Part shown: positions 30,012 through 40,085 of the stretch, piece after piece
Layout of the letters: each line of letters begins with the position of its first letter
Numbering within the stretch: position 1 is the first letter of the stretch
Assembly: GCF_022640935.1 (NCBI RefSeq)
Contig: NZ_JALCCV010000002.1
Location: forward strand, 52,331 to 116,330
Source: Bifidobacterium sp.
GTDB lineage: Bacteria; Actinomycetota; Actinomycetes; Actinomycetales; Bifidobacteriaceae
Direction: 5' to 3'
Length of the DNA stretch: 64,000 nucleotides
The notes under the pieces: model-generated
The model's input: the letters and a program-made list of their open reading frames with translations, nothing else
Told to the model about the DNA's origin: nothing
Databases searched by the model: none
Program-made: the position numbers and the translations under genes

Positions 30012-31133
30012 ATGACTATGAAAGAATTCTGGAAAAAAGCTAATTTCAAAGGACACCTGCTGACCGCCATATCCTATCTGATACCGATTGTGTGCGGCGC
30101 TGGTTTCCTCATCGCCATCGGCATGGCTTTCGGCGGGAAATCCCAAGACTCGCTGGTCATGGGGAAGTTCGACTTCTTCCAGGCGCTGGCGACGCTTGGC
30201 GGCAAGGCGCTGGGGCTGCTTCCGGTCATCATCGCGACTGGCATTGCATTTTCCATTGCGGGAAAACCTGGCATCGCTCCCGGTTTCGTGACCGGTCTGG
30301 CCTCAGTCGCCATCAGCGCAGGATTCATCGGAGGGCTCGTCGGTGGCTATATCGCCGGTTGGCTCGCCTTCGCCGTGCTGCGCTACTTCAAGGTGCCGAG
30401 CTGGGCGAAAGGACTGATGCCGACATTGATCGTGCCTTTCATCGCCTCGTTTGCAAGCGGATTGATCATGGTTTACGTCATCGGCACACCCATCTCCTGG
30501 TTCACGAACTGGCTTACGAATCTGCTTGCCAGCATGAACGGCGTGTCCAACCTCATTCTCGGCGCTGTGATCGGAACTCTCAGCATCGTCGATTTCGGCG
30601 GCCCGATCAACAAGACCGTCTTCGCCTTCGCGTTGACTTTGCAGGCCCAAGGCATCAACGGCCCGGTCACGGCGCTGCAGCTGACCAACACCGCCACGCC
30701 CATCGGCTTTGGTTTCGCATTCCTCGTCGCCAAGCTGATCCGCAAGAACATCTACACGCATGAGGAAATCGAAACCCTCAAATCCACTGTTCCCATGGGC
30801 GTGGTCAACATCGTCGAAGGCTCCATCCCTATCGTGCTCAACGATTTGATCCGTGGCGTCGTAGCTGCAGGCTTGGGCGGCATGGTCGAGGGCGCGATTT
30901 TGATGAGTCTGGCCCACGGCGAGGGCGCGACCGTGCCATTCGGCGGATTCCTGATGCTGCCGACGATGGGCTCGAATTGGTGGGTCGGCCTCCTCGCCAT
31001 TGCGGCGAACGTGCTGGTCACCGGCATCGTGTACGCCCTGATCAAAAAGGATCTCGGATCACAGCCGTCGGTTGCAAAAACAGCCGTCTCGGATGAGGCC
31101 GACATCGCGCTGGATGACATCCAGGTTATGTAA
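30012..31133 (+). CDS. PTS EIIC (fructose family)
   Basis: HLLTAISYLIPIVCGAGFLIAIG, GKPGIAPG, DFGGPINK, VEGSIP, PFGG. Confidence 0.92.
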   Translation: MTMKEFWKKANFKGHLLTAISYLIPIVCGAGFLIAIGMAFGGKSQDSLVMGKFDFFQALATLGGKALGLLPVIIATGIAFSIAGKPGIAPGFVTGLASVAISAGFIGGLVGGYIAGWLAFAVLRYFKVPSWAKGLMPTLIVPFIASFASGLIMVYVIGTPISWFTNWLTNLLASMNGVSNLILGAVIGTLSIVDFGGPINKTVFAFALTLQAQGINGPVTALQLTNTATPIGFGFAFLVAKLIRKNIYTHEEIETLKSTVPMGVVNIVEGSIPIVLNDLIRGVVAAGLGGMVEGAILMSLAHGEGATVPFGGFLMLPTMGSNWWVGLLAIAANVLVTGIVYALIKKDLGSQPSVAKTAVSDEADIALDDIQVM

Positions 31134-31165
31134 AAGACTGCGAATTTCAAGAATCGAGTAAGATA

Positions 31166-31906
31166 ATGCCTCAACAAATACAGCTTTCCCCCTCGTTGAT
31201 GACGATGGACCTTGACCAATTCAAGGAGCAGATCGGTTTCCTGAACGACAAGGTAAATTCATATCATGTCGACATCATGGACGGTCATTTCGTTCCCAAT
31301 CTCACATTGTCGCCGTGGTTCATCGAGCAGGTCAAGAAAATATCCGATGTGCCGCTCTCTGCTCATATGATGGTCACCGACGCCCCATTCTGGGTCTCTC
31401 GGCTTATCGAAGTGCGCTGCGACGCGATTTGCTTTCCTTCGGAAGTGGCGAACGGGGTCGCTTTCAGCATGATCGACGACATCCACGCCGCCGGACTTCA
31501 GGCCGGAGCCGTGCTCAACCCCGAGACCTCGATCGAGACGGTGCTGCCATATATCGATCTACTCGACAAGATCACTATCATGACCATCGACCCGGGCTTC
31601 GCCGGACGGCGTTTCCTCGAAGGAACGCTCGGCAAGATCGTCAGGCTCAGACAGCTGCGCGAAGAGCATGGATACGGATATGCAATCGAAATGGACGGTT
31701 CCACGAATCTTAAGCACTGGAAGATGATTTCGGATGCCAGGCCGGATATCTATGTCATTGGCCGCAGCGGTTTGTTCGGGCTGACCAACAGCATCGAAGA
31801 CTCTTGGAACCAGATGACGCGCGAATATGAGCAGTCCACCGGGTTCCCGTTCGACAACGGCATATACCGAGCCGAATACTCGGGGGCGGCTTCGCGCGTG
31901 GCTTGA
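31166..31906 (+). CDS. alsE: D-allulose-6-phosphate 3-epimerase (ribulose-phosphate 3-epimerase superfamily)
   Basis: SPSLMTMDLDQFKEQIGF, HVDIMDGHFVPNLTLSP, NGVAFSMIDDI, LNPET, KITIMTIDPGFAG, GRSGLF. These match the AlsE subtype rather than Rpe. Confidence 0.85.
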   Translation: MPQQIQLSPSLMTMDLDQFKEQIGFLNDKVNSYHVDIMDGHFVPNLTLSPWFIEQVKKISDVPLSAHMMVTDAPFWVSRLIEVRCDAICFPSEVANGVAFSMIDDIHAAGLQAGAVLNPETSIETVLPYIDLLDKITIMTIDPGFAGRRFLEGTLGKIVRLRQLREEHGYGYAIEMDGSTNLKHWKMISDARPDIYVIGRSGLFGLTNSIEDSWNQMTREYEQSTGFPFDNGIYRAEYSGAASRVA

Positions 31907-32037
31907 GAACTGAGCCGTTGTACAGTGCCGAGAGACAAGGTAGTTCTGCTGATCGTACCAAGCATTTTCGCCTCTTGGCACATCTAGGGGTACCTCTTCC
32001 CCTCCTTGGTATTGCTCGATAACGAATGTTTCGCGCT

Positions 32038-32080
32038 CGCCTGCGCAGTCCGCATATGGATTGCGCAGGCGGGCGTCTTT
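32038..32080 (+). terminator. Hairpin downstream of the PTS-alsE operon
   Basis: CGCCTGCGCAGTCC-GCATAT-GGATTGCGCAGGCG, then GGCGTCTTT. Confidence 0.45.
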
Positions 32081-32268
32081 GGTTGCAGCGCCGCGCATAG
32101 AAGATTCGGCGGAATGCATGCCAAAGTGAACTTTGGCTTACGCGGGGGTGATATCTCTCCGACTTCCTGCGCGTTCGCCGTACGCCGGGGCCACACTGGA
32201 ATCGCCAACCTGCCGATGATGCTCCTTGCGGGCGCATCGGCGTATCCGATATGAGGAATGGATGTGGA

Positions 32269-35145
32269 ATGAGAACGGCAACACAACGACACCGAACACA
32301 GCGCGATAGAGCGTTCAGAGCTATAACGGGCGCTGCGGCGCTGGCGATGCTCCTGAGCGGCGGGGCAGTAGCCCAGGCGGCGCAGCCTGCGACGGCATAC
32401 CCGGCTAGCAAGCCGGATATCACCGCTCTGCTGGGCGAATTCAATAATTGGTGGACACCGAAGAAAGTCGTCAACAATACGGCCAATGGCGATGCGTTCC
32501 GAGGCAGCGTGACAGATGCTGGGCGCTCCGTGCTTGGATATAGCGATGACACGGTCGTCGCTATCAACAATCATGCAGCCAAGGACACCACGAAAGTGGA
32601 TGGCACCTACACGCAGGCGCAGCGTGCCGCATTCGATGCGAGTGACAGCCCGGCCAACGCGATTACCTCGTATTCGACTGCGTTGGGCGACACCATCGGC
32701 AAATACCTGCGCGAAGGCCTGAGCGACGGCTCGCTGCCCAAAACGAACGCGCTCGTATTCGATGCCTCCAGCCCGGTGGCAACGTCCGGCTTCGTCGGCA
32801 CCGGCAGTGCCAAGAAGGACTTCAACTATCCGCGTCCATATTTCACCAAGGCGGATCAGGGCATGGACCGCACCATCGGCGGCGACACCGATCTCAACGG
32901 ACTCAAGCCCGAGCTGGACATCATTCATATTCCGATGTTTTCGCAGGACGGAGAAGAATTCGGCGAGGACTACACGGATTATCAGGAGCCTTCGCAGGCC
33001 TTCCCCTCCGGCCATACCACGAAGGCCTACAACCGCGGCATCGCGCTATCCACGCTGCTGCCTGAACTCGGGCCGGAGATCATGGCCCGCGCTTCCGAAG
33101 CGGGCAATAACCGCGTCGTGCTCGGCGTGCACTATCCAATGGATGTGATGGGCGGGCGCATCGCCGCCACGGCCGGTTCGAGCGCATTGTGGTCCGATGC
33201 CGGGTTCCGCACGAATGAGCTGCTGCCGGCGCACAATGAACTCGAGAATTACATCGCTGCCCGCTGCAAGGCTGATGGCAACGGCTCCACGGTCGAGGAA
33301 TGCGTCACCAAGCTCGGCGCGAACGCCGACAAGGGTTACGTCAACACCTTCACCGACGTGGTTTCAACCAAGCCGGTGACCGATCGCTCCAGCGCCATCG
33401 AGGCTTACACGTCTCGCATGACCTACGGGTTCGCGCAGACCTCCGCAGCCGGTCAGGCGCCGAAGGTCCCTGCAGGAGCCGAGGATCTGCTGCTCACTGC
33501 ATTCCCGGATCTGAACGCCGCGCAGCGCAAGCAGGTGCTCGAGGCCTCCGAGATTGATTCCGGCTACCCGCTGGACGCCTCCTCGCAGGGCTTCGAACGC
33601 CTCAATCTCGCTAAGGCCTACAGCGCCGATGTGACGCTGAGCGCCGACGGCAAGACGATTCTCGCCATCAACTTCGGCAACGCCGCGCCCAAGGTCACCA
33701 AAGTCAGCAGCACTGATGCCATCACGAATCTGCTCAAGGATTTCAACCGCTACTTCGTTGCCGGCGTGGGCGTCACCGACGAGGGCAAGGGCGTGCTGAG
33801 CCACGACGACAAGCTCACCGAGTCCATCAATCAAGCGGCATTCGGCGCGGACGGCAAGACCGCCCAGGACAAGCGCGCACTGTCCGACGCGCAGATGAAT
33901 TCCACCAACACGCTGTACGACGCGCTCGGTCCGGTGCTGGGAACCTACTTCAAGCAGGCTGCGGACTCCGGCAAGCTGCCCAAAACCGAGCAGTACCTCG
34001 AGGACATGAACAAATCCGCTTCCACCGGTAAAGCCAAGGCCTGGTATCAGCATCCTCGCCCTTACGTGGATCGTGTGAACTACAACGGTACCACGCTGGA
34101 TATGAACGGCACCGCACAGACGCTGAACATCAAGAAGGTCCCCGGATACGAGAACTTCGACTGGGGCGACGGCGAGCCGCTCGACAACGAATACGACGGG
34201 CTGTACAACTCCGGCTCCTTCCCCTCCGGCCACACCACCTTCGCATTCACGCAAGGCACCGGTCTGGCGAGCATCCTGCCTGAATTGGGCCCGCAGATCA
34301 TGACACGCGTCTCCGAGGCAGGCAACAACCGCATCGTGCTCGGCGTGCACTACCCGCTCGATATCCTCGGCGGGCACATCGCAGGCCAGTACGGCGTGGC
34401 GAACGCACTGAATGACGACTCCATGCGCAAGGAGAATGCGGCTGCCCGCACCGAACTGGTCAACTACCTGACCGCTCAGTGCAAGGCCGACGGCCACGGC
34501 GACACCCTGCAATCCTGCATCGACGCCACCGGCGCCAACGACGCGAATGGCTACGCCAACGCATTCACCGACGAGGTCTCGACCAAGCCGGTCACCGATC
34601 TGAAGTCCGCATTGGCCGCATATCAGGCTCGCATGTCTTACGGGTTCGACAAGACGGGCACCGCCGGGCAGGCTCCGGTCGTGCCTGATGCCGCTGTCAA
34701 CCTGCTGGACAACGTCGAGGCCTTCAAGGCTTTGAGCGCCAACCAGAAGAAGCAGGTGATCGCCGCGACGGAGGGCGAATCCGGCTATCCGCTGGACGCC
34801 ACGAGCGAAGGCTGGGCACGTGTGAACCTCACTGCTGCATACAGCGCCAAAGTGACGCTGAGTGCCGATGGCAAGAATGTGGTCAAGGTCGAGCCAGGGC
34901 AGAAAGTCGCTTCGGTGGTCCGTGAGAAGACACCGGTGCAGCCTGGCGGCAACGGCAACAATAACAACCAGCCGACCAAGCCCGGCAAGAACGGTGCCGG
35001 TGCAAACGGCAGCGGCACGCCTCAGGCTGCCAATGGGGAACTGGCTTCCACCGGTGCCAGTGTTTCTGCGGCTGTCGTAGCGGTCGCAGTGCTTGCCCTG
35101 ATGGGATCTGCTGCCATGATCGCGTCGCGCCGGCGCCAAGACTGA
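32269..35145 (+). CDS. Secreted, sortase-anchored protein with two PAP2/acid phosphatase domains
   Basis: Signal peptide (...AAALAMLLSGGAVAQA); two full motif sets K...RPY / FPSGHT / NRxVLGVHYPxD; C-terminal LASTG, TM helix and RRR tail. Confidence 0.88.
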   Translation: MRTATQRHRTQRDRAFRAITGAAALAMLLSGGAVAQAAQPATAYPASKPDITALLGEFNNWWTPKKVVNNTANGDAFRGSVTDAGRSVLGYSDDTVVAINNHAAKDTTKVDGTYTQAQRAAFDASDSPANAITSYSTALGDTIGKYLREGLSDGSLPKTNALVFDASSPVATSGFVGTGSAKKDFNYPRPYFTKADQGMDRTIGGDTDLNGLKPELDIIHIPMFSQDGEEFGEDYTDYQEPSQAFPSGHTTKAYNRGIALSTLLPELGPEIMARASEAGNNRVVLGVHYPMDVMGGRIAATAGSSALWSDAGFRTNELLPAHNELENYIAARCKADGNGSTVEECVTKLGANADKGYVNTFTDVVSTKPVTDRSSAIEAYTSRMTYGFAQTSAAGQAPKVPAGAEDLLLTAFPDLNAAQRKQVLEASEIDSGYPLDASSQGFERLNLAKAYSADVTLSADGKTILAINFGNAAPKVTKVSSTDAITNLLKDFNRYFVAGVGVTDEGKGVLSHDDKLTESINQAAFGADGKTAQDKRALSDAQMNSTNTLYDALGPVLGTYFKQAADSGKLPKTEQYLEDMNKSASTGKAKAWYQHPRPYVDRVNYNGTTLDMNGTAQTLNIKKVPGYENFDWGDGEPLDNEYDGLYNSGSFPSGHTTFAFTQGTGLASILPELGPQIMTRVSEAGNNRIVLGVHYPLDILGGHIAGQYGVANALNDDSMRKENAAARTELVNYLTAQCKADGHGDTLQSCIDATGANDANGYANAFTDEVSTKPVTDLKSALAAYQARMSYGFDKTGTAGQAPVVPDAAVNLLDNVEAFKALSANQKKQVIAATEGESGYPLDATSEGWARVNLTAAYSAKVTLSADGKNVVKVEPGQKVASVVREKTPVQPGGNGNNNNQPTKPGKNGAGANGSGTPQAANGELASTGASVSAAVVAVAVLALMGSAAMIASRRRQD

Positions 35146-35251
35146 GACGCCTGAATCTTTGGTTTCCGGGTTGCGATTCCGCTGTCCCATGTGGCAACAA
35201 CTGATATAAGGTCAGGCATCGTCACGTCCGGCAGCGGAATCACCCGGTATG

Positions 35252-35283
35252 CATGCTTGTTGTGCCTAGGCTCAACAAGCATG
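35252..35283. terminator. Strong hairpin downstream of the phosphatase gene
   Basis: CATGCTTGTTG-tgcctaggct-CAACAAGCATG, perfect 11-bp arms. Confidence 0.45.
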
Positions 35284-35300
35284 TTCTGCCGCAACCGAGA

Positions 35301-35564
35301 TGAATGGTTTTCTGGTCTGTTAATGCTTGGCTGATGACTCAGCCTTTGGCTTCGCTCTTCGCAGCCTTAGCGGCTGCTCAGTCTCGCCTACGGGCAGCCC
35401 ACTGGGCTGCCCGCTTAACGCCTCGACGTGATGAATGTTGAATGGTTTTCTGGTCTGTTAATGCTGGCTGATAGCTCAGCCTTTGGCTTCGCTCTTCGCA
35501 GCCTTAGCGGCTGCTCAGTCTCGCCTACGAGCAGCCCACTGGGCTGCCCGCTTAACGCCTCGAC
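35301..35564. repeat. Two tandem copies of a ~127-bp multi-hairpin element (REP/MITE-like)
   Basis: Copy 1 at 35301-35427 and copy 2 at 35439-35564 are near identical. Internal stems: GGCTGA/TCAGCC, GCAGCC/GGCTGC, GGGCAGCCC/GGGCTGCCC. Confidence 0.9.
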
Positions 35565-35698
35565 TCGCCGGATGACTTGACTCGGTTGCAGTGCAACGGT
35601 TTAATATATGCGGCTGCACAACGGAAGGCAGGAACCGCAAGGCTCACGCTTGATGAGGTGCTTGCGTTGATACACTAGGATATTTGGGTGCGGCATGC

Positions 35699-35771
35699 GC
35701 GGACATAGCTTAGTTGGTAAAGCGCGACCTTGCCAAGGTCGAGAGCGCGGGTTCGAGTCCCGTTGTCCGCT
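35699..35771 (+). tRNA. tRNA-Gly (GCC)
   Basis: Acceptor GCGGACA/TGTCCGC, anticodon arm CGACC-TTGCCAA-GGTCG, T-loop GGTTCGAGTCC; CCA not encoded. Confidence 0.97.
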
Positions 35772-35917
35772 CTATATCTTTGGAAGTCATTGGCGAATAA
35801 AAATGTCTGTTCCGGAACGAGAACCGACTCCTTCGTTCCAGAGCAGACAATTAGAGCGCAACCGCGTCGCGCGATTAAAACGTGTGGCGCAGTGCGCGAA
35901 TCACGCCGAATCGCGAA

Positions 35918-37228
35918 TCAGCGCTCGAAGTCCACGTCCTTGCTTTCCTTGAACGTCAGCAGGGCGACTAGTGCCAGCACGGACATGGTGCCCATGTACC
36001 AGCCGAGCGCCCAGATGCCATAGCTGGTCACAAGCCATGTGGCGATGGTCGGAGCGAACGCGCCACCGAGGATGGCTGCGAGGTTGTAGGAGAAGCCTGC
36101 GCCGGAGTAGCGCACTTTCATGGGGAACATCTCAGGCAGGTAGGCGCCGCAGGGGCCGAACAGGCTGCCCATGACCACGAAGCCGAGGCAAAGGAACACC
36201 AGCGCGCCGGCGAAATTGCGTTGGCCGGAGAGCAGCGCCGGGCTGAGCAGGCTGAAAACTAGAGCAGCCGCAGTCACGACAAGCAGCACGCGCTTACGGC
36301 CGAACTTGTCAGCCTGCAGGCAGCTGACGACGATGAACGTAGCGAAGAACAGCGTGGAGACCACCTGCATAAGCAGGTATTCCGTCTGTGTGAATCCAAG
36401 GCCTTTGACTCCGTATGACAAGGACCAGGTGCCGAGGATGTAGAAGAGGGTGTAGGTAACGCCCATGGCGAACATGCCCAGCACGACTTGCCTCCAGTAG
36501 TGGCGCAGTTCGAACAGGGGATGGCGGGCGGTGCGCTGCTCGGCCGTGGCCTTGCGATAGACCGGGGTCTCCTGCATGCGGGCGCGCACATACAGCCCGA
36601 CGACCACCAGCAGGGAGGACAGCAGGAACGGCATCCGCCAGCCCCACTGCTGCATCTGGTCCGCGCTGAGCACGGAGGTCAGGATCAGATTCAGGCCGTA
36701 AGCGAACAGGAAGCCGATCGGCGCCCCGAGATTCGGGAAGGAACCGTAGAGGGCGCGTTTGTTCTTCGGTGCGTTCTCGGTGGCCACCAGCGCGGCGCCG
36801 GACCATTCACCGGCGAGCCCTAGGCCTTGGCATACGCGGCACAGGCACAGCAGGATCACCGACCATATGCCGATCTGGGCGTACCCGGGCAGCACGCCGA
36901 CCAGGAAGGTCGAGACGCCCATGACCAGCAGGGCCACGACCAGCGTCTTCTTGCGGCCGAGTTTGTCGCCGAAGTGCCCGAAGAGCAGGGAGCCGAAAGG
37001 GCGCGCCAGGAATGAGATGGCGAAGGTCAGCAGCGATTGCAGGGTGCCGACCACCGGGTCGGACTTGGGGAAAAATACGGCGGAGAAGTAGCTCGCCGCG
37101 GCGATACTGTAGCAGTAGTTGTCGTAGAACTCGATGGCCGTGCCGACCATCGACGCCCCGATGATCTCGCCTACCGAATCGTGCTTCAGCGCGACTGCGG
37201 AATTTGCGGATAATGCTGTATCTGTCAT
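35918..37228 (-). CDS. MFS metabolite:H+ symporter (MHS family)
   Basis: GTAIEFYD, FLARPFGSLLFGHFGDKLGRK, GLAGEWSGA, ADKFGRK, EMFPMKVRYSG. Confidence 0.92.
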   Translation of the reverse strand: MTDTALSANSAVALKHDSVGEIIGASMVGTAIEFYDNYCYSIAAASYFSAVFFPKSDPVVGTLQSLLTFAISFLARPFGSLLFGHFGDKLGRKKTLVVALLVMGVSTFLVGVLPGYAQIGIWSVILLCLCRVCQGLGLAGEWSGAALVATENAPKNKRALYGSFPNLGAPIGFLFAYGLNLILTSVLSADQMQQWGWRMPFLLSSLLVVVGLYVRARMQETPVYRKATAEQRTARHPLFELRHYWRQVVLGMFAMGVTYTLFYILGTWSLSYGVKGLGFTQTEYLLMQVVSTLFFATFIVVSCLQADKFGRKRVLLVVTAAALVFSLLSPALLSGQRNFAGALVFLCLGFVVMGSLFGPCGAYLPEMFPMKVRYSGAGFSYNLAAILGGAFAPTIATWLVTSYGIWALGWYMGTMSVLALVALLTFKESKDVDFER

Positions 37229-38001
37229 GTGACGATCCTTTGTTCTGATATAGCTGGTTTGGATGTGGCTGCGTTGGAGGGATCCGCCGGATTCTCAGCA
37301 GTCATGCGGACATGTGGAAAACCGCGGATGTCAGAGGCGTCGCTGCGTTGGATGTGCATATGCACGCGCCAGAATTGGCAGCGAGGCGAAGAGAAGCAGT
37401 GTGCGCAAGACTCGGCTGGGAAGGGTAACGTCGCGCTCACCATGGCACGGGCGCGTATAACACATACACGCAGCTTGGGCCATGTGCATCACCTGCAGAG
37501 ATGCAGATGCATCGGCACGCAGATGCCAATGGCCAGATGCAGCAGCGGTCGCCATAAGTAAGGCAAGGCCCTTGCCCATGCCCGCATAGCAACGAAAGTA
37601 CCTAGCGCAACTTCATATGCGCATTGCCAGGAATGAAAATATGTGGTTTGGTGATCAGCGCGTCGTGAAGGACGCGATGATAATTCGACGCGCGATTCCA
37701 ACCATGCGGATGGCTTCGTGCTGCCGATTGTCAACGTGCCTCATGCCGTGACCTCTTTCCACAGATAAGCATCTTCAGATGCCCGGGAGCCAAATGATGT
37801 GCTCCGTTAGCCGACATTATGTGACGTGTCGAAGACATCGCCTTCGCGCGCGCCGTAATCCGCGTGTCGCGATTGTGCATCGGGCGGCCCTGCGGCCCCA
37901 ATCCACTCGTTGTCCCGTTGCGCACATAATGTGTGATTCTGTTGACTCACAGTCCAGGCCTGCCCCTTAGTAACGCGGGCCCCGATAGCAAAGGACCTCC
38001 C

Positions 38002-40068
38002 ATGTCGGATCAGTTCATCTCCATCACACTCAATGGCGAAGTGAAGGAGGTGAAGTCAGACGATACGGGTGTCCAGCTTTTTGCAGACGACAAGAACATC
38101 ATCGCCGTGCGCCTCAACGGCCAGCCCCGCGACCTGTATACGCCGCTGAACGACGGCGACAGCGTGGAGCCGATCGCGCTGGACAGCCCCGACGGGCTTG
38201 CGATCATGCGTCATTCGGCGACCCATGTCATGGCCCAGGCCGTGCAGGAGATTCGCCCCGACGCGAAGCTCGGCATCGGCCCGGTGATCGAGAACGGCTT
38301 CTACTACGACTTCGATGTGGACGAGCCGTTCACGCCCGAGGATCTCAAGGATATCGAGAAGCGCATGCAGCGCATCGTCAAGCAGTCGCAGTCCTTCCGC
38401 CGCCGTGTGGTGAGCGAAGAGGAGGCGCGTGCGGAAGAGCGGGAACAGCCATACAAATTGCAACTTATCGGCAAGAAAGAGGCCGAGATCGACGAGGAGG
38501 CATCCACCGAGGTTTCCATCGGTGAGCTGAGCATGTACGACAACGTCGATCGCGAGGGCAACACGGTCTGGAAGGATCTGTGCCGTGGGCCCCATCTGCC
38601 CAACACGCGCTACATCAAGGCCTTCAAGCTCGAACGCACGGCGGCTGCCTACTGGCTTGGCGACGAGCACAACAAGATGCTGCAGCGCATCTACGGCACC
38701 GCGTGGGCGACCAAGGAAGATCTCAAGACGTATGCCGGCCGTATGGAGGAAGCCGCCAGACGCGACCACCGCAAGCTCGGCCAGGAAATGGATCTGTTCT
38801 CCTTCCCGGAGGAGATCGGGCCGGGCCTCGCCGTCTTCCACCCCAAGGGCGCCGCGGTCATCAATGCCATGGAGGACTATTCGCGCGAGCAGCATCGCAA
38901 ACACCACTACAGCTTCGTACAGACCCCGCATATCACCAAGGGCGGCCTGTACGAGACCTCGGGCCATTTGCAGTGGTACAAGGACGGCATGTTCCCTCCG
39001 ATGCGCCTGGACGAGGAACGGGACAAGGACGGCAATATCACCAGGCAGGGCGTCGATTACTACCTGAAGCCTATGAACTGCCCGATGCACAACCTGATCT
39101 TCAAATCGCGCCAGCGTTCGTACCGTGAGTTGCCGTTGCGTTTGTTCGAGTTCGGCACAGTGTACCGCTACGAGAAATCCGGCGTGGTGCACGGCCTGAC
39201 CCGTGTGCGCGGATTGACGCAGGATGATTCGCATATCTACTGCACGCGAGAGCAGATGAAGGGCGAGCTGGCAAGCCTGCTGACCTTCGTGCTGAAGCTG
39301 CTCAAGGATTTCGGCCTCAACGACTTCTATCTCGAGCTTTCCACGAAGGATCCCAACAAATTCGTGGGATCGGACGAAGTGTGGGAAGAGGCTACGAGCA
39401 CTTTGGCCGAAGTCGCCACGGATTCCGGGCTCGAACTCGTCGACGACCCGGGTGGAGCGGCCTTCTATGGACCGAAGATCTCGGTGCAGGCTCGTGACGC
39501 GATCGGCCGCACATGGCAGGTCTCCACCATTCAGCTCGACTTCAATCTGCCTGAACGGTTCGGGCTTGAATACATTGCCGCCGACGGCTCGCATCGGCGC
39601 CCGGTGATGATCCACCGCGCCCTGTTCGGCTCCATCGAACGTTTCTTCGCCATTCTGCTTGAGCATTATGCGGGCGCCTTCCCCGTCTGGCTCGCCCCGG
39701 TGCAAGTGACCGGCATTCCGGTGGCCGACGAATTCACGCCGCATCTCGAGACGTTCATCCAGGATCTGGAAGACAACCTCGTGCGCTGCGAGCTCGACCG
39801 CTCCGACGACCGCTTCGGCAAGAAGATCCGCAACGCCTCCAAGTCGAAGGTACCGTTCACGCTGATCGCCGGTGGCGAGGACGTGTCGAAGAACGCCGTG
39901 AGCTTCCGGTTCCGCGACGGCAGCCAGCTCAACGGCGTGCCGCTGGAGCAGGCGAAGGCGTCGATTCTCGAGGTCATCAGCACCCGGGTCCAGGTCAACT
40001 CCGCCGATGACTTCATGGCGGTTATTTCTCCGGCTACTTCCGTGACAACTTCCGCGCCGATCGACTGA
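38002..40068 (+). CDS. thrS: Threonine--tRNA ligase
   Basis: [59 protein letters not shown]. Confidence 0.98.
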   Translation: MSDQFISITLNGEVKEVKSDDTGVQLFADDKNIIAVRLNGQPRDLYTPLNDGDSVEPIALDSPDGLAIMRHSATHVMAQAVQEIRPDAKLGIGPVIENGFYYDFDVDEPFTPEDLKDIEKRMQRIVKQSQSFRRRVVSEEEARAEEREQPYKLQLIGKKEAEIDEEASTEVSIGELSMYDNVDREGNTVWKDLCRGPHLPNTRYIKAFKLERTAAAYWLGDEHNKMLQRIYGTAWATKEDLKTYAGRMEEAARRDHRKLGQEMDLFSFPEEIGPGLAVFHPKGAAVINAMEDYSREQHRKHHYSFVQTPHITKGGLYETSGHLQWYKDGMFPPMRLDEERDKDGNITRQGVDYYLKPMNCPMHNLIFKSRQRSYRELPLRLFEFGTVYRYEKSGVVHGLTRVRGLTQDDSHIYCTREQMKGELASLLTFVLKLLKDFGLNDFYLELSTKDPNKFVGSDEVWEEATSTLAEVATDSGLELVDDPGGAAFYGPKISVQARDAIGRTWQVSTIQLDFNLPERFGLEYIAADGSHRRPVMIHRALFGSIERFFAILLEHYAGAFPVWLAPVQVTGIPVADEFTPHLETFIQDLEDNLVRCELDRSDDRFGKKIRNASKSKVPFTLIAGGEDVSKNAVSFRFRDGSQLNGVPLEQAKASILEVISTRVQVNSADDFMAVISPATSVTTSAPID

Positions 40069-40085
40069 GACGGATCCAACACGAT

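Noticed and set aside
29960-30020. Possible -1 frameshift fusing EIIB to EIIC through a Pro-rich linker (ITPLPSPSQ)
   Set aside because: The EIIC frame is open upstream, but there is no canonical slippery heptamer, EIIC has its own RBS (AAGGAC), and separate EIIB/EIIC genes are common.
31907-32040. Protein-like minus-strand stretch (TFVIEQYQGGEEVPLDVPRGENAWYDQQNY)
   Set aside because: No start, RBS or family motif that I can recognise; too short to call without BLASTX.
35301-35564. CRISPR array
   Set aside because: Only two units of about 127 bp with an 11-bp gap, and no cas genes; reported as a structured repeat instead.
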